IMG/VR virus record: IMGVR_UViG_3300033121_001593 | Span: 64,001-128,000 of that record | Source: a virus | Taxonomy: Duplodnaviria > Caudoviricetes | Length of the DNA stretch: 64,000 nucleotides | Strand: one strand, 5' to 3' | Shown: positions 9,601-17,192 of the stretch, piece after piece | Layout of the letters: every line of letters starts with the position of its first letter | Numbering within the stretch: the first letter of the stretch is position 1 | Position numbers and translations under genes: made by a program | The notes under the pieces: model-generated | Database searches by the model: none | What the model was told of the DNA's origin: nothing | Seen by the model: only the letters and a program-made list of their open reading frames with translations

Positions 9601-11526
9601 ATTCATGAGCGGGTCGATCTCGGTCAACCATTCGGAAAGGGAGTGACCGTCCTCGACCACGGCTTGCAGGGCCTGGCGGAAGTTGGCGAATTGCCAGGCC
9701 GCGCCCTGGATCGGCTTGGGTAGTTTGTAGAGCGACTCGACCGTCAGATTGCCCGTCTCTGAAGCGTCTTTCAAATAGGTCTTGAAGCCGGCGAAGCCGT
9801 CCTTAGCGCCCTGAACGAATTTATCCGTGGCCTCCTTGAGGCCAAACAGGTTCTTCTTGTAGGCGACGCCGAATACCATCACAGCGCCGGCCGCAATCGC
9901 CAGCGGGCCGGCCAGGGCGGCGATAGCCGGGACCTGGACCCCGAACAGGCCCAGCAGCGGGCGGAGCGTGTACTGCGCGCCCTTCAGGGCAAAGACCAGC
10001 GCCAGGAGCGCCGTGGTGATAGCCTGTACCGGTTCGGGCATACTCTCGAACGCCTTTTGAACCGCGTCGAGACCGGTACGCAGCGGGGGCAGAAAAGACC
10101 GGATCAGGGGAATAATGACCTTATCCATAAGCTGCGTCAGGGGCGGAATAAGGGTCAGGCCGATCTCGATCCCCAGGACGTTGAAGGCGACTTTCAGGCG
10201 CTTGATCTGTGTTTCGAGGCTCTTGTATTGCTCGGCCCGCGCGGCATCGACCGAGCCGTCGATACCCTTTTTCCACTCGGCAAACGCCTCGGTGCTCATG
10301 GTGGTTTCGTTGGCGGTCAGGGCCATGACGCCGCCGATGGCGCGCACGTTGCGGAACAGGTCCGCTATACCCTCATTCGAGCCGTAGAATTCTTTGACCA
10401 GCTTCTGCTGCGCCGGGGTGGTCTTGGCAAGCTCGCCCTGGTACTGCGTCATCGTCGCGTTGAGCTTGTCCATCGACAACCGCTTCTTTTGGGCAGCGAT
10501 AGACCCTTCGCCCTCTTTCTCGGTGATCTTGGCCAGTTCCTGCTTGTAGATATCCATCTGGTCAACGAGGAACGGGTACTTGAGGCTCATGGTCGTCTGA
10601 GCCTTGGACATCCCGCCGATAGACTCGGTCGACTCAAAGACCGTGGTCGTGATAGCTTTCAGGGCGGGGATCATTCCGCCCATGCCCTCGACCATCGTCG
10701 TGCCGGATGAATAGCCCAGCTTTTCGATCACCCCTTGCAAGCTCTCGGAAGGCTTGATTAACTGCGTGAAGATGGCATTAAGCCGGGTCGCGGCCTGCTC
10801 GGCGGTTAGGCCGGTCTGTGTCATCTGCGCGAACGAGTACCCGACTTCTTCGAGCGGGATACCCAAGTTGGACGCCATCGGGGCCAGCCGGCCCATCACG
10901 TTTGCTAGATCGGGCAGCGTCACCAGGCCCGACTGAACCACCTTCAGGAATACGTCGGTGATATGGCCGGCCTGAGACGCGTCCTGCCCATAGGCCCGCA
11001 TAGTAGAGATGAGGAGCTTAGAAACCTCGTCAACGTCCGCCAGGCCAGCGCCGGCCGCGCGGGACGACGCCTGCATCACGGCCATGGCCTCGGACATTTG
11101 CACGACGCCGTCCTTGGTTTGGACAGCGACCGACTTGACCTTCTCGTCTAGCTCAAGGCCAGCAGAGGCGACTAGGTACAGGGACTTGGCGACGTTATCC
11201 GCCGACGAGCGAGTCGTCAGGGCGAATGAGATCACGTCGTCCTGTAGCTTCTGGAATTGCTCCTCCGGCAAGTGAGCCACCGAGTTGACGTTGCGCATCG
11301 ACTGTTCAAAGGTCATTGCGCTTTTGACCGAGGCGACGCCGATCCCCACAATCGCGGCTGACGCGATCCCCATAGCGGAGTTGAGGCCCCCGGCGGCGTT
11401 CTGCCCCCCTTTGGCGACGCCGTTCATTTGCTGGGAAACCGAATTAAGGCCCTGTGTCGCGCCGGCGGTATTCGCGCCGACCATGACTAGCATACCAGCT
11501 ACAGGAGTAGCGCCCGGTCCCAGCAT
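661..11526 (-). CDS. Tape measure protein (giant, 3621 aa)
   Basis: N-terminal TP901-type TMP core (FEQSMRNVNSV...AEQAATRLNAIFTQL). Ala/Gly-rich helical repeats and 'SPSR' motifs. Lies after the tail chaperones. Confidence 0.93.
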   Translation of the reverse strand: MLGPGATPVAGMLVMVGANTAGATQGLNSVSQQMNGVAKGGQNAAGGLNSAMGIASAAIVGIGVASVKSAMTFEQSMRNVNSVAHLPEEQFQKLQDDVISFALTTRSSADNVAKSLYLVASAGLELDEKVKSVAVQTKDGVVQMSEAMAVMQASSRAAGAGLADVDEVSKLLISTMRAYGQDASQAGHITDVFLKVVQSGLVTLPDLANVMGRLAPMASNLGIPLEEVGYSFAQMTQTGLTAEQAATRLNAIFTQLIKPSESLQGVIEKLGYSSGTTMVEGMGGMIPALKAITTTVFESTESIGGMSKAQTTMSLKYPFLVDQMDIYKQELAKITEKEGEGSIAAQKKRLSMDKLNATMTQYQGELAKTTPAQQKLVKEFYGSNEGIADLFRNVRAIGGVMALTANETTMSTEAFAEWKKGIDGSVDAARAEQYKSLETQIKRLKVAFNVLGIEIGLTLIPPLTQLMDKVIIPLIRSFLPPLRTGLDAVQKAFESMPEPVQAITTALLALVFALKGAQYTLRPLLGLFGVQVPAIAALAGPLAIAAGAVMVFGVAYKKNLFGLKEATDKFVQGAKDGFAGFKTYLKDASETGNLTVESLYKLPKPIQGAAWQFANFRQALQAVVEDGHSLSEWLTEIDPLMNPVLAGIVSFVAALGDVISKGNDVLVENTQAMKDDLSDFFSTGFSDWSGFRAAFEGISAIVSETFGLLFENIAGWVRDRAPDIRNAFYQWAENAITWVTTFAANVIPQLADLLGQIIGWIIGTGVPTILGAGVLLVQGLAAGFQEGGKGQIFVDKLMASAILPGIARMENSINEAGAVLASHLYTGFNKALVTLFGQSKADAIMSGIEGAIAQLEAVFKPTFDRIGAAAKGFGDEIALLKPKFDELGQALMGLVGPASVIGQVIAIVGVVISKVFGELVAQTIERLPEIIGGVIDFVTGQVETFNNTFMGIVTTVKALLAGDWAGAWAAAKQTVEDYVTGSVASLEGLLVVVDNVAGGIYDSVVNTINDLTGATLPSWDQLKTGIVTKFTEIKASITGAIDEIKAKIEPIATALQPVFDLLAKVFGDIKTGFQEFLLELGPVSTALAPIKEALSGAFEGLKDALEVAKPGLLWLRDALLTVSGIILGVIGGSVVATVVAFGEILSGIFRNAGTIIRGFGQVLAGVFDVLRSIFYSFISVVKSIFEGDMDGATKAGLTAFEAFKEGIAGIFNGIGNIILGAFGAIYDSVTGIANRIPGVALPAWEEVSRGFEFGADKIKGSAESASTALSTASGNMATSASTASANIGGSLTAVAGSVDTAKTSYTDFAGYSSTYMTQAAGTTQSYSDQMIAAFGNLPPAAAAASSEVALALGGVTTAAQAAQTGTDTATTSLIDGVLAKMNGLAGQVTGPRQTFDDLQATVSGSSAVIQTDLDTMLSGWNSTFTEMATAPVVAGQTMTAGWKTGVEGLAPITTDALTATAAAASTGFQAVQFAGDTALAAMNLNATTQMDALNTTVSTGLTALQTSAATNYTTLQTQDLAYQTATTTGQQTFYATLTAQDLAYQTNATTATQTFVTGALTAWQAMSTGVQGHAFAMTTTVQTRFGEFYLWLVNLLTVLLIPAVSLSFDTMYLNVVTQMAAMASAMQAGWLSMLGGTRSSLTSMRSEVNSQMSGMVGELRGYAGEMAGVGAAIGQGLADGIESKIGAAIAAAIALVQAAIAAAWAAAMAQSPSRIMMELGGYFGEGFSIGVEDQGPDAAGAAAGIVAGAVQAAKDAAGIHSPSTAMAGVGWDFIMGLLQGIKKGDKEAILAVTELMDKIMGTISNIVKALGDLGGFKVQAMDLSGFTAQIKQVVAAFKVLAGVYAKKDSGLDSAKAVLEPLGEIFSEISSIVSGVKSLFDPELLKGTLTDAKKVIDLLIGAAKLLVTGFAAAAKALKDEAWPEAVALASVAGSIAGNIKSVVEALNSMGDVAVFGSMKAPIDNMVAFVVDLVRSFAVAGGKIDAKAKTAAGEFASTVAAVVDPVIDAVDALNKLAGFTFRPIGPVAEKIANAMLGLSQKMRWIAEKLGPEAIGFSKAGAGLVKEVVEPWSKAIDTLDDLARFVFVAIGPAAELIANAMQGLAGKLAGLATDLGPEMVANAKAGAALMTAVVAPWKAAVDALVSLASFVFRPVGPVGEQIKGAVYGLARKLAFLSQQLGPQMVEDARTGAALMAEVVKPWQDAVDTLVSLASIVFRPVGPTAERISDAVFGLARKLTWIVDRLGPVLMAAAKDGAALMADVLKPWEDAVKVFVALSEFVFRPIGPTAEKIKRAVIGLSSKLRWIVDRLGPEIMTLAKEGALLMAAVLVPWEDAIKTFTALAEFVFRPVGPTAERIKNAVKGLASKLRWVTLWLGSDVMALAKDGAALMASVLAPWEDAIKVFSAMAEFVFRPVGPAAERMKNAVKGLARKLNFLVDGLGPDMIARAKIGAALMIEVLAPWEDAVKTFSAMAAFIFRPIGPISSRMVHMVEGLARKLARMADTLGPDTIALAKDGAALIAAVLEPWQDAVETLDVMADYVFRPVGPIADKIIFSVGSLALKLADVAFHIGPQAIALAKEGAELFSAVLVPWQDAITTLDAMAGYVARPILGIADKIILAVGGLALKLAQVAFHLGPQTIALAREGAALLSDVLTPWQDAITVLGALAGFIYRSVDKSAKDVTAAMILLANALAGMADDIGMGTLKKAAKVGALLSEVLAPWETAMKVADNMRAFRIMPDFVDKMVRFGRQWIDIVDQLGRIILTLNQDGLAAVEAFAGVLTALLDGLTVAMEIVERGDFPMPDAGIWDRFVAWVWGIFQFFYDKVQELMNDPENTLGFDPVLQFAGALESIMNALSAAVDLARNFEFVLPDAEVFLNFENWVWGIFQFFWAKVQELWNDPDRIIGFDPVVAFAEALSSILGALSSALELARNFEFVLPDPELWAAFVTWVWGIFQTFFTLVQTLWSDPTRIIDFVPVEAFGSALESIMGGLSAGLELARGFVFTAPPADQWSAFVTWVWGAFQTFYALVQTLWLDPASIIEFDPVESFGSALESIMGGLLASMELITGFSFTPPDPGQWDAFIAWVIAAFQTVYDYVESLVTDPTTALNFDPEESFGSALESIMGGLMATIDLITNFVWTPPDPELWSDFIGWVLTFMDDLRLRIIAAFPMDAGAAAAFAPVAAFGDAVEAVTGGLQTALEFFSNLAGYIPVSETTINTFLGNVEFLIDLVGTYATQHLDPARVIALQRFEAAISATAGGLSDALDLFEGLASLDDRTIDWLANAGAGTGTNTGAAMQVIGYLFQAIVQTMTRFGTEVATLSLTSWTPTANAFFTALETVIGILSDALGLFTDLGTSGMPSTAEIEAFVAAIMQVFTTFNTGLASVTTPLHTAILAVQTELSVNLAGWLATNGAASVGHLFYDAAVLVPTAIAAGLGSVSLVQPSIDLRQQVVDNVHGWFSYHAAALDGRLFFEDGSNVVLSIGAGMLDQEDYIYQVAWDIGQAIINGLEGSLQIGSPSRLAMEAGWFTSDGLALGLLAGKDNAVSAAREVADAVAAEYTSLGDRPSVLWPNLSSTSPTFAQNNTIEHEVVIRVEGGDALPKMTDYEMRELARELGRQLKQGV
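1970..3200 (-). repeat. About 6 x 204-nt (68-aa) tandem repeat in the TMP
   Basis: Unit F(D/V)PV..F..ALESIM..L...W..F..WVWG.FQ recurs every 204 nt (e.g. ~2476, 2680, 2884, 3088). Confidence 0.9.
3330..5490 (-). repeat. About 11 x 195-nt (65-aa) tandem repeat in the TMP
   Basis: Unit FVFRPVGP.AE.I..AV.GLA.KL...LGP....AK.GAALM..VL.PW.DA recurs every 195 nt (4291, 4486, 4681, 4876, 5071). Confidence 0.92.
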
Positions 11527-11543
11527 AGCGGTTCTACCTCATA

Positions 11544-11762
11544 TCATTTACGTTGACGGTTACGCTGCTTCTGGAGCGCAGCCTCGGCCTCCAGTTCGGC
11601 CGACTGCGCAATCTGCGCCCAGAGCAGCCAGAACCGGGGCAAGACAAGCCCGGCCTGAGAGGCCGTGAGAAGCTCCCAGGGCCGGGCATTGAGATAGCGC
11701 GCGGAGCGGATAATTGGATACCAGTCAGGGCACTCGAACGAGTCGTCCTCGCCGCCCGTCAT
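11544..11762 (-). CDS. Tail assembly chaperone C-terminal extension (gpGT-like, reached by -1 frameshift)
   Basis: The -1 frame from the A8 run at 11828-11835 is open (IEPDGTETPGIEAAKIELRRYL) straight into this ORF. Confidence 0.8.
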   Translation of the reverse strand: MTGGEDDSFECPDWYPIIRSARYLNARPWELLTASQAGLVLPRFWLLWAQIAQSAELEAEAALQKQRNRQRK

Positions 11763-12244
11763 TAAGTAGCGTCGAAGCTCGATCTTGGCCGCTTCGATCC
11801 CTGGCGTCTCTGTTCCGTCCGGCTCAATTTTTTTTGGCCGTCCTGCATGTCAGCCGTCATGGCCTGGAAGATCGAGCCTCTGAGCGGCACAGGGATGGCC
11901 TCAAGCGCGGCGTCCTTGTCCATTGGCCGGCCTTCGTCATCCTTCAGGGGCAGATCGACCACCACCTGTTTCAGGGCGTCAAGGATATACTCGGCGGCGT
12001 TCTGCTCCTTGATCGCGACCTGAATGGCCTCCACGATACGCTCGGCCAGTTCTTCGTCGTCGCCGATCACACCGAGCACCGCGCCGATCAGGTCAGCGCC
12101 TTCGCCCGTGTTGATCCCGTTCATCAGGTCATCGTTGAAAGCGCCCGGATTGTAGACGAATTCAATCTCGCTCCCGAAGTACGGCGCGAGGACCCTGCGC
12201 CGCTGGTTCAGGACTTCCGACAACGAAACTATTTGCTTACCCAT
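11762..12244 (-). CDS. Tail assembly chaperone (gpG-like)
   Basis: Lies between the tail tube and TMP. Start MGKQ follows a GGGAG RBS. Slippery site near the 3' end. Confidence 0.8.
   Translation of the reverse strand: MGKQIVSLSEVLNQRRRVLAPYFGSEIEFVYNPGAFNDDLMNGINTGEGADLIGAVLGVIGDDEELAERIVEAIQVAIKEQNAAEYILDALKQVVVDLPLKDDEGRPMDKDAALEAIPVPLRGSIFQAMTADMQDGQKKLSRTEQRRQGSKRPRSSFDAT
11828..11836 (-). other. Programmed -1 ribosomal frameshift site (CAA AAA AAA)
   Basis: X XXY YYZ heptamer A AAA AAA in frame, at the canonical lambda G/GT position. Confidence 0.8.
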
Positions 12245-12299
12245 GATGTTTGTTCTCCCGGAACAAGCGAATAGAGGGAAAGCCTCCCTCAAGGGGCTA

Positions 12300-13298
12300 C
12301 TAGGTCAGCGTTGCGGTCGAGTTGGTCACGACCACCGAGATTGCGCCGGGGTTCGTGCCGTCGACCGTGTCATCGTGAATGCAGTTGAAGTTGAAGCCCA
12401 GGGCATACGCCCCTTCGTCATCTTCACGGTCGCCCGGATTGGTGAACTGCAGCGGAAAGTCGAAGTGCATTCCGTAGGTGTAGGTGCCGGTGATGGTTGC
12501 GCCTACGGCCTTGATCCGCATCCAGCGAGTATCGCCGGCCCGCATGGTGGTGCGATAGCCGTAACCGGTCGAATTGTAGAGCGTCATGATCCGGCCGCCG
12601 ACGTCGGGCACGGTATCGACGATATCGGCGAACGTCGAGACGGAGCCGTTCAGCGCCCACCAGGGGGCGTACTTGTCGGTGTAGTGAATCTCGACGCCGG
12701 CCAGATCGGTGAGCGGGTCGGCTGAGGCCAGCCCGGTTCGGGTCGTCGCCAGATAGACGTAAATCTGCGAGCCGATCACGGGCTTGGGCGTAACGGTCTT
12801 GGTGACGGTGGTCAGCACCTGATTGTCGCTGACCTTACCGGCGATGCCGCTGCCGGAAAACTCGATGGCGTTACGGCGGAAGTTGGCCGTAAATCCGGTA
12901 AAGAGGCCATAGGGCATCTGCGCGCCGGACCCGGACGGGCCTTCCTGGATCGTGAACGTCTTGATCGTGTCAGCCACGGACGTATTCGGCACCCACGTCC
13001 ACTTGTACGCGCCCGACGTGAGCGTGCTCGGCGCGGCGTAGCCCAGGCCGGCTAGGAGATAGGGGAGCGTGTTGTAACACAGCTTCCCGCCCAGGGTCAG
13101 ATTGGACATTTCGTCACCGCCGGGGATGACGAAAGAAACGTGCTTGTAGCCGGCCGGGCGGAAGGCTTCGCCTTCGCCGCCCGTCGTCTCCACTACGATC
13201 TCCATTGCCGGAATCTTGATCGGGCAGGCGACCGCGGTGCCGGGCGTCGACTCCAGGCCGATACGAATGTCCCTAAAGACGGTTGGAGTTGCAGGCAT
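12300..13298 (-). CDS. Major tail (tube) protein
   Basis: 332 aa, Thr/Gly-rich, N-terminus 'IGLESTPGTAV', internal 'KTFTIQEG'. Position after the tail terminator. Confidence 0.82.
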   Translation of the reverse strand: MPATPTVFRDIRIGLESTPGTAVACPIKIPAMEIVVETTGGEGEAFRPAGYKHVSFVIPGGDEMSNLTLGGKLCYNTLPYLLAGLGYAAPSTLTSGAYKWTWVPNTSVADTIKTFTIQEGPSGSGAQMPYGLFTGFTANFRRNAIEFSGSGIAGKVSDNQVLTTVTKTVTPKPVIGSQIYVYLATTRTGLASADPLTDLAGVEIHYTDKYAPWWALNGSVSTFADIVDTVPDVGGRIMTLYNSTGYGYRTTMRAGDTRWMRIKAVGATITGTYTYGMHFDFPLQFTNPGDREDDEGAYALGFNFNCIHDDTVDGTNPGAISVVVTNSTATLT

Positions 13299-13300
13299 GG

Positions 13301-13729
13301 TTATGACTCCTTTGCAAAGATTCTGAAATACCCGCCAAGATGCCGGAACTGGCGTTCGCCGTCAGCCTCGGCCATTCGGAAGGGGCCGGTCTTAACGGCC
13401 CCGAAGACTACTCCATCGCTCGTGCTACCCTCAGCACCGTCCAGCGCGGCGGTTATGCGCTTGGCGATCTCCTTCAGGGGTACGAAGCTCCCGCCTTCGC
13501 AGACCCCGCGCACGATGTAGTAAAGGTCCGACCAGATATGAGCGTTACCGAGATGCGTCAGGTCAGCGCCGGAATAGAAGACCACCTGCACGGCGGGATA
13601 CCCCGCCTGCACGGGTAGAATATCCGTGTAGACGCCATTTGCGCCGTCTGCCAGATAGCCCACCAGCGCGGTATCGCCGCGCAAGCGGGCGTTGATGAAC
13701 TGCTCGGCCACCAGGCTCTCGATGGTCAT
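13301..13729 (-). CDS. Tail terminator/completion protein (DUF3168-like)
   Basis: 'RLRGDTALVGYLADGANGVYTDILPVQAGYPAV' pattern plus synteny. Confidence 0.7.
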   Translation of the reverse strand: MTIESLVAEQFINARLRGDTALVGYLADGANGVYTDILPVQAGYPAVQVVFYSGADLTHLGNAHIWSDLYYIVRGVCEGGSFVPLKEIAKRITAALDGAEGSTSDGVVFGAVKTGPFRMAEADGERQFRHLGGYFRIFAKES

Positions 13730-14103
13730 CCTACCACCGCCGGTCCGGCTGACTTTAGCACGGCCTCGACTATGTGCCGCGTCATGGCCGCCTTTAGCTC
13801 CGGCAACGTCGCCTGAACAGCCGGGCCGATGAAGGGCCGGGCCGCCATGAAACGGGTGCCGAATTCGGGAAACATCCAGTAGTCTTCCCGGCTGCCGATC
13901 CCGACGTGGACGGCGGCCATTCCGTTGATCGGGTTGATGTACATCCCATCGCGCAAGGCCCCCGTCGCGACCGGCGCGCGGGCCTTGATATCGGTCAGGA
14001 GCTTGCCGGCATAATCGAGTGAAGCCTGCTTAGTCTCGGCGCGGATCATGGCGTCAGCCTTGGGTAGGTGGTTATAGATGATCCGCACCGACATGGTTAG
14101 CAT
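13726..14103 (-). CDS. HK97 gp10-family neck protein
   Basis: 'APVATGALRD' and 'EFGTRFMAARPFIGPA' motifs. Confidence 0.85.
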   Translation of the reverse strand: MLTMSVRIIYNHLPKADAMIRAETKQASLDYAGKLLTDIKARAPVATGALRDGMYINPINGMAAVHVGIGSREDYWMFPEFGTRFMAARPFIGPAVQATLPELKAAMTRHIVEAVLKSAGPAVVG

Positions 14104-14106
14104 GGT

Positions 14107-14499
14107 CTAAAGCTCAAGCGCCAGGGTAGTTAGATGGGCCTCGTTCGTCAGGCGGTCCTGCATATCCATGATCCGATAGGTCACGCCCGCGATCACGACG
14201 TTGTCTTTACGTTGAACGAGCGTGCCGATAGGAAAGCACAAGGCCCACGTCTTATCCTCGGTGATCCGCAGCGTCTGCGATCCCGTCTGCACCATTGACG
14301 CCAGGTTCTGCACGTCCCGCAGATTGACGCTCTCGATTCGGCACGGGACGTTAGAGGCGACGGTGGCGTAGGTCTCCGTTCGCCCGCCTGCGCCGTCGTC
14401 CGAGAGAGCGGGCCGGGAGATCACCGCCCTCTCCGGCATGTTCCGTTCAGAACGACGGCGCAGGCGGACAAGCGAAAGGGCAAACGCCGTTGTTGTCAT
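14107..14499 (-). CDS. Head closure/head-tail adaptor protein
   Basis: 'SDDGAGGRTETY...VPCRI' motif plus synteny. Confidence 0.7.
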   Translation of the reverse strand: MTTTAFALSLVRLRRRSERNMPERAVISRPALSDDGAGGRTETYATVASNVPCRIESVNLRDVQNLASMVQTGSQTLRITEDKTWALCFPIGTLVQRKDNVVIAGVTYRIMDMQDRLTNEAHLTTLALEL

Positions 14500-14861
14500 A
14501 ACACTTTGAATACAGCGCGCCGTGTGTTAGGCGAGTCGGCAAGTGTGAGCGTCGAGTCAAGGGCGATGGCGGTCTGACCATAAGACGAGCCGGCCAGGCC
14601 CGTGCCGGCCTTGGGCTGCTCGTAGCGCAGCCGCGTCTCACGCGTCGACTCTTCTGTCACCCGCGGGTCGGCTACTGAGACATAGTGCGCCGCAAGCCAA
14701 AGCTCGATCTGAGTTAGAATTTCATCGGTCAGGCTTGCGAGCATTTCGCTCTTTGTGCCGATCAGCGAATTCGCGGCAGTGATACAGGCCGCCAGGCCTC
14801 CGTCGCTGAGTGACGTATCGATGATCTCCCGGACATCGGTGACGGTCACTCGGTTAGCCAT
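14496..14861 (-). CDS. Head-tail connector (DUF4054-like)
   Basis: Likely start MANRVTV. Motifs 'IELWLAAHY' and 'SSYGQTAIALD'. Confidence 0.7.
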   Translation of the reverse strand: MANRVTVTDVREIIDTSLSDGGLAACITAANSLIGTKSEMLASLTDEILTQIELWLAAHYVSVADPRVTEESTRETRLRYEQPKAGTGLAGSSYGQTAIALDSTLTLADSPNTRRAVFKVL

Positions 14862-15159
14862 TGGCAGGCTTTCCAGACGGCTTGCCGCTGGCGCGCTTGA
14901 CGGCGGCCTTCTCGGTCGGGGCGTCCGGCGGCGTCTCCGTATCGGCGGGGGCGTCCTCGACCTCGACCTCGGCCTCGACCGCGCTCGGAGGATCGGCGGG
15001 CGTCTCCTCCGGGGGTGCCGAAGGCAGATCAGCGGGGACAGGCTGGAGCTTGTCCAGGAAGCCCTGCGCATCCGCCTCCGGTAGCTCCACGATATCGCCC
15101 TCGCGATACGTGCCGAATGCGCCGAAGGTGTAGCCGGGCTTAACGCGGTACTTTGTCAT
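14854..15159 (-). CDS. Small head-associated hypothetical protein
   Basis: N-terminal 'YREGDIVEL' motif and a Pro/Ala/Glu-rich tail, typical of genes following an MCP. Confidence 0.6.
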   Translation of the reverse strand: MTKYRVKPGYTFGAFGTYREGDIVELPEADAQGFLDKLQPVPADLPSAPPEETPADPPSAVEAEVEVEDAPADTETPPDAPTEKAAVKRASGKPSGKPANG

Positions 15160-15171
15160 AGGGACACCGCC

Positions 15172-15615
15172 TTAAGCCACGGCCAGCAGGACGGCGACAT
15201 AGTCGTTCGCGGACAGGTTGCCGGCCGCCGATTGCTGGATTTGATCGGTAACGGTGACGGTCGTCTCGAACGACGCCGCAGCTGTGCCCAGCGCGCCGGC
15301 CGTGATCCCAAAGACGGCCAGGACCTTCATCCCGACCACCGCGCCGGTGGCGGTACACGCGCCCGCGCCGTTGCGCCCGTCGAAGGAGATCGTCTTGATC
15401 CCGGTCAGGACGGCGCGCAAGTTTGCGGCGGTGATAGCGCGGGCGGTGTCAGTCCCGGTCTGCGCCTCAGCGTTCGTCGCAAGCTCGACCTTGCCCTTGG
15501 TTGTGGCGTCGGCATCGACCGTAGTGCCCAGGCTATCCACCAGATCGGTGTTGTGGTCAAACGGGTCGGTATGCCCGTGCTGCGCCTTGAGAGCCGCAGA
15601 AGATTTGTTAGCCAT
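15172..15615 (-). CDS. Virion structural protein (head fibre/decoration-like)
   Basis: 'DATTKGKVELATNAEAQTGTDTARAITA' fibre-type motif. GGAA RBS. Confidence 0.6.
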   Translation of the reverse strand: MANKSSAALKAQHGHTDPFDHNTDLVDSLGTTVDADATTKGKVELATNAEAQTGTDTARAITAANLRAVLTGIKTISFDGRNGAGACTATGAVVGMKVLAVFGITAGALGTAAASFETTVTVTDQIQQSAAGNLSANDYVAVLLAVA

Positions 15616-15708
15616 GACTTTTCCTTTCCCTTGAGAGGGTGCCGCCTACCGGGGGGATTAACGCCCCCCGGTCAGACCAGCTTAGGTAAGCGCCGCCTGG
15701 TCGGGAGC

Positions 15709-16680
15709 CTAAGCCCCGGTGATATGGCAGACGCCCAGATTGCCCGCGTAGTCCTGCTTGAGCCGCGGGGCCATCACCATCATGACCTTGAAGAAAAGCT
15801 CCTCGCCGTCCGGGGCAACCCACTCGCGGTTTTCGACCGTGCCGGCCTGGACCAGATCGATCACGTCCGAAGTCATCTGCACCAGGACAATGACGCCATC
15901 GCTCAGGAAGTCGGAGGGCTGGACGCTTGCGATCTGCGGCAGATCGAGCACGGCATCCAGCGCCTTCTGGCCGGAGCCGTCCGTGTAGCGGGCCAGCATC
16001 TGAATGTACTGGGTCCCGGCTGCGTAGACGCTGAACGGGCCATGATAGCGGTTAGCCGCCATGGCGGAGATTGCGCCCAGGAACGTCGGCAGAATGTTCG
16101 AGATTGTGCCGAAGTCACCACCGCCGAAGTTGGCGGCGGTATCGGTCTTGCGCGCGCCGTGGGTGGTCAGGCCGTAGATGGTCGAACCGCTGACCACGAT
16201 CCCGCTAGAGCCGTTGAAGACCATGGTCTCGGCGCTCTCGATCACGGCGGAAGCAGCCGCGGCGGCCTCGGTCGTGTCCAGGCTCGCGCCCAGCGTGCGG
16301 CTGGCCAGCAGCTCGCGCCGGCCGATGGAGTAGGCGTCATGGATGATCGGCACAGGGACGCCAAACGTCTGCTTGTCGGTGCGGTCACGGTTCGACCGGG
16401 TCCGACCGTCCATCGAGACGGTGGCAGCCGTGCGCTCGCTGGCCACACGCCACTGTGAGAGCATGTTAGCCAGGGTTGTTTCCTGCGTCAGGCCGGCGGC
16501 CCGCAGATCGGCAACGATGTTCAGGCGCAGTTTTGCGCGCTGAATGACGGCGGCGTCCAGGACAGCCCACTCGGCTTGGGTTAGCTGCGAGTTGGTGATG
16601 AGGCCGGTGCGCTGATCGATCAGGGGCCGCTTGGTGTTGGTGGAGAAAGCGAGGGCGTCCTCGCCCATCAAAATGGTCAT
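15709..16680 (-). CDS. Major capsid protein, HK97 fold (Linocin-M18/encapsulin-like)
   Basis: Motifs 'LTQAEWAVLDAAV', 'VPIIHDAYSIGRRELLASR..GASLDT' and 'ETMVFNG'. Strong AAGGAG RBS. Synteny. Confidence 0.85.
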   Translation of the reverse strand: MTILMGEDALAFSTNTKRPLIDQRTGLITNSQLTQAEWAVLDAAVIQRAKLRLNIVADLRAAGLTQETTLANMLSQWRVASERTAATVSMDGRTRSNRDRTDKQTFGVPVPIIHDAYSIGRRELLASRTLGASLDTTEAAAAASAVIESAETMVFNGSSGIVVSGSTIYGLTTHGARKTDTAANFGGGDFGTISNILPTFLGAISAMAANRYHGPFSVYAAGTQYIQMLARYTDGSGQKALDAVLDLPQIASVQPSDFLSDGVIVLVQMTSDVIDLVQAGTVENREWVAPDGEELFFKVMMVMAPRLKQDYAGNLGVCHITGA

Positions 16681-16724
16681 AGTTGACTCCTTGTCAGATT
16701 AGAACGTAGGGCGTGACGCGCCTG

Positions 16725-17192
16725 CTAGGCGATCATGACACGGCAGCGATGCACGCTGCCGTCGCCGGTGACGGTGTCCAGGGCAACGCCCACGACCGCT
16801 CCGGTGACAATGGACGCGCCCATTGTGAGGGCTTTGAGCAGGCCGGCGGCGTTCGAGCCAAGCGGCGTGACTCCGGCGACGGTGCTCTCGCCGATCGCCA
16901 GAACCATGTAAAGCACGTCACCCGGCGCGGCGACCGTGTAGTACACAGTATCGCCGTTGGCATACGCCACGTCGATGGTCTTCGAAGACGCGCTATCAGC
17001 GGTCGGAGACTCGACGGCCACCAGGGTGGGCTTGGCAAGGCCGGAGTCGGTGTTGTGCGTCACGACCGCGCCGCTGCTGATCTCCAGGAGATAGCCGGGC
17101 AAGATCGAAGCCTCGCCGGCCAGGCGCTCCTGACGGTTGACGCCATCGAGAGCCGACTGGATCACGATGGTCTTGTAGGTAGTATCTGCCAT
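16725..17192 (-). CDS. Head decoration/cement protein
   Basis: 155-aa beta-rich ORF between the scaffold and the MCP. Confidence 0.65.
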   Translation of the reverse strand: MADTTYKTIVIQSALDGVNRQERLAGEASILPGYLLEISSGAVVTHNTDSGLAKPTLVAVESPTADSASSKTIDVAYANGDTVYYTVAAPGDVLYMVLAIGESTVAGVTPLGSNAAGLLKALTMGASIVTGAVVGVALDTVTGDGSVHRCRVMIA

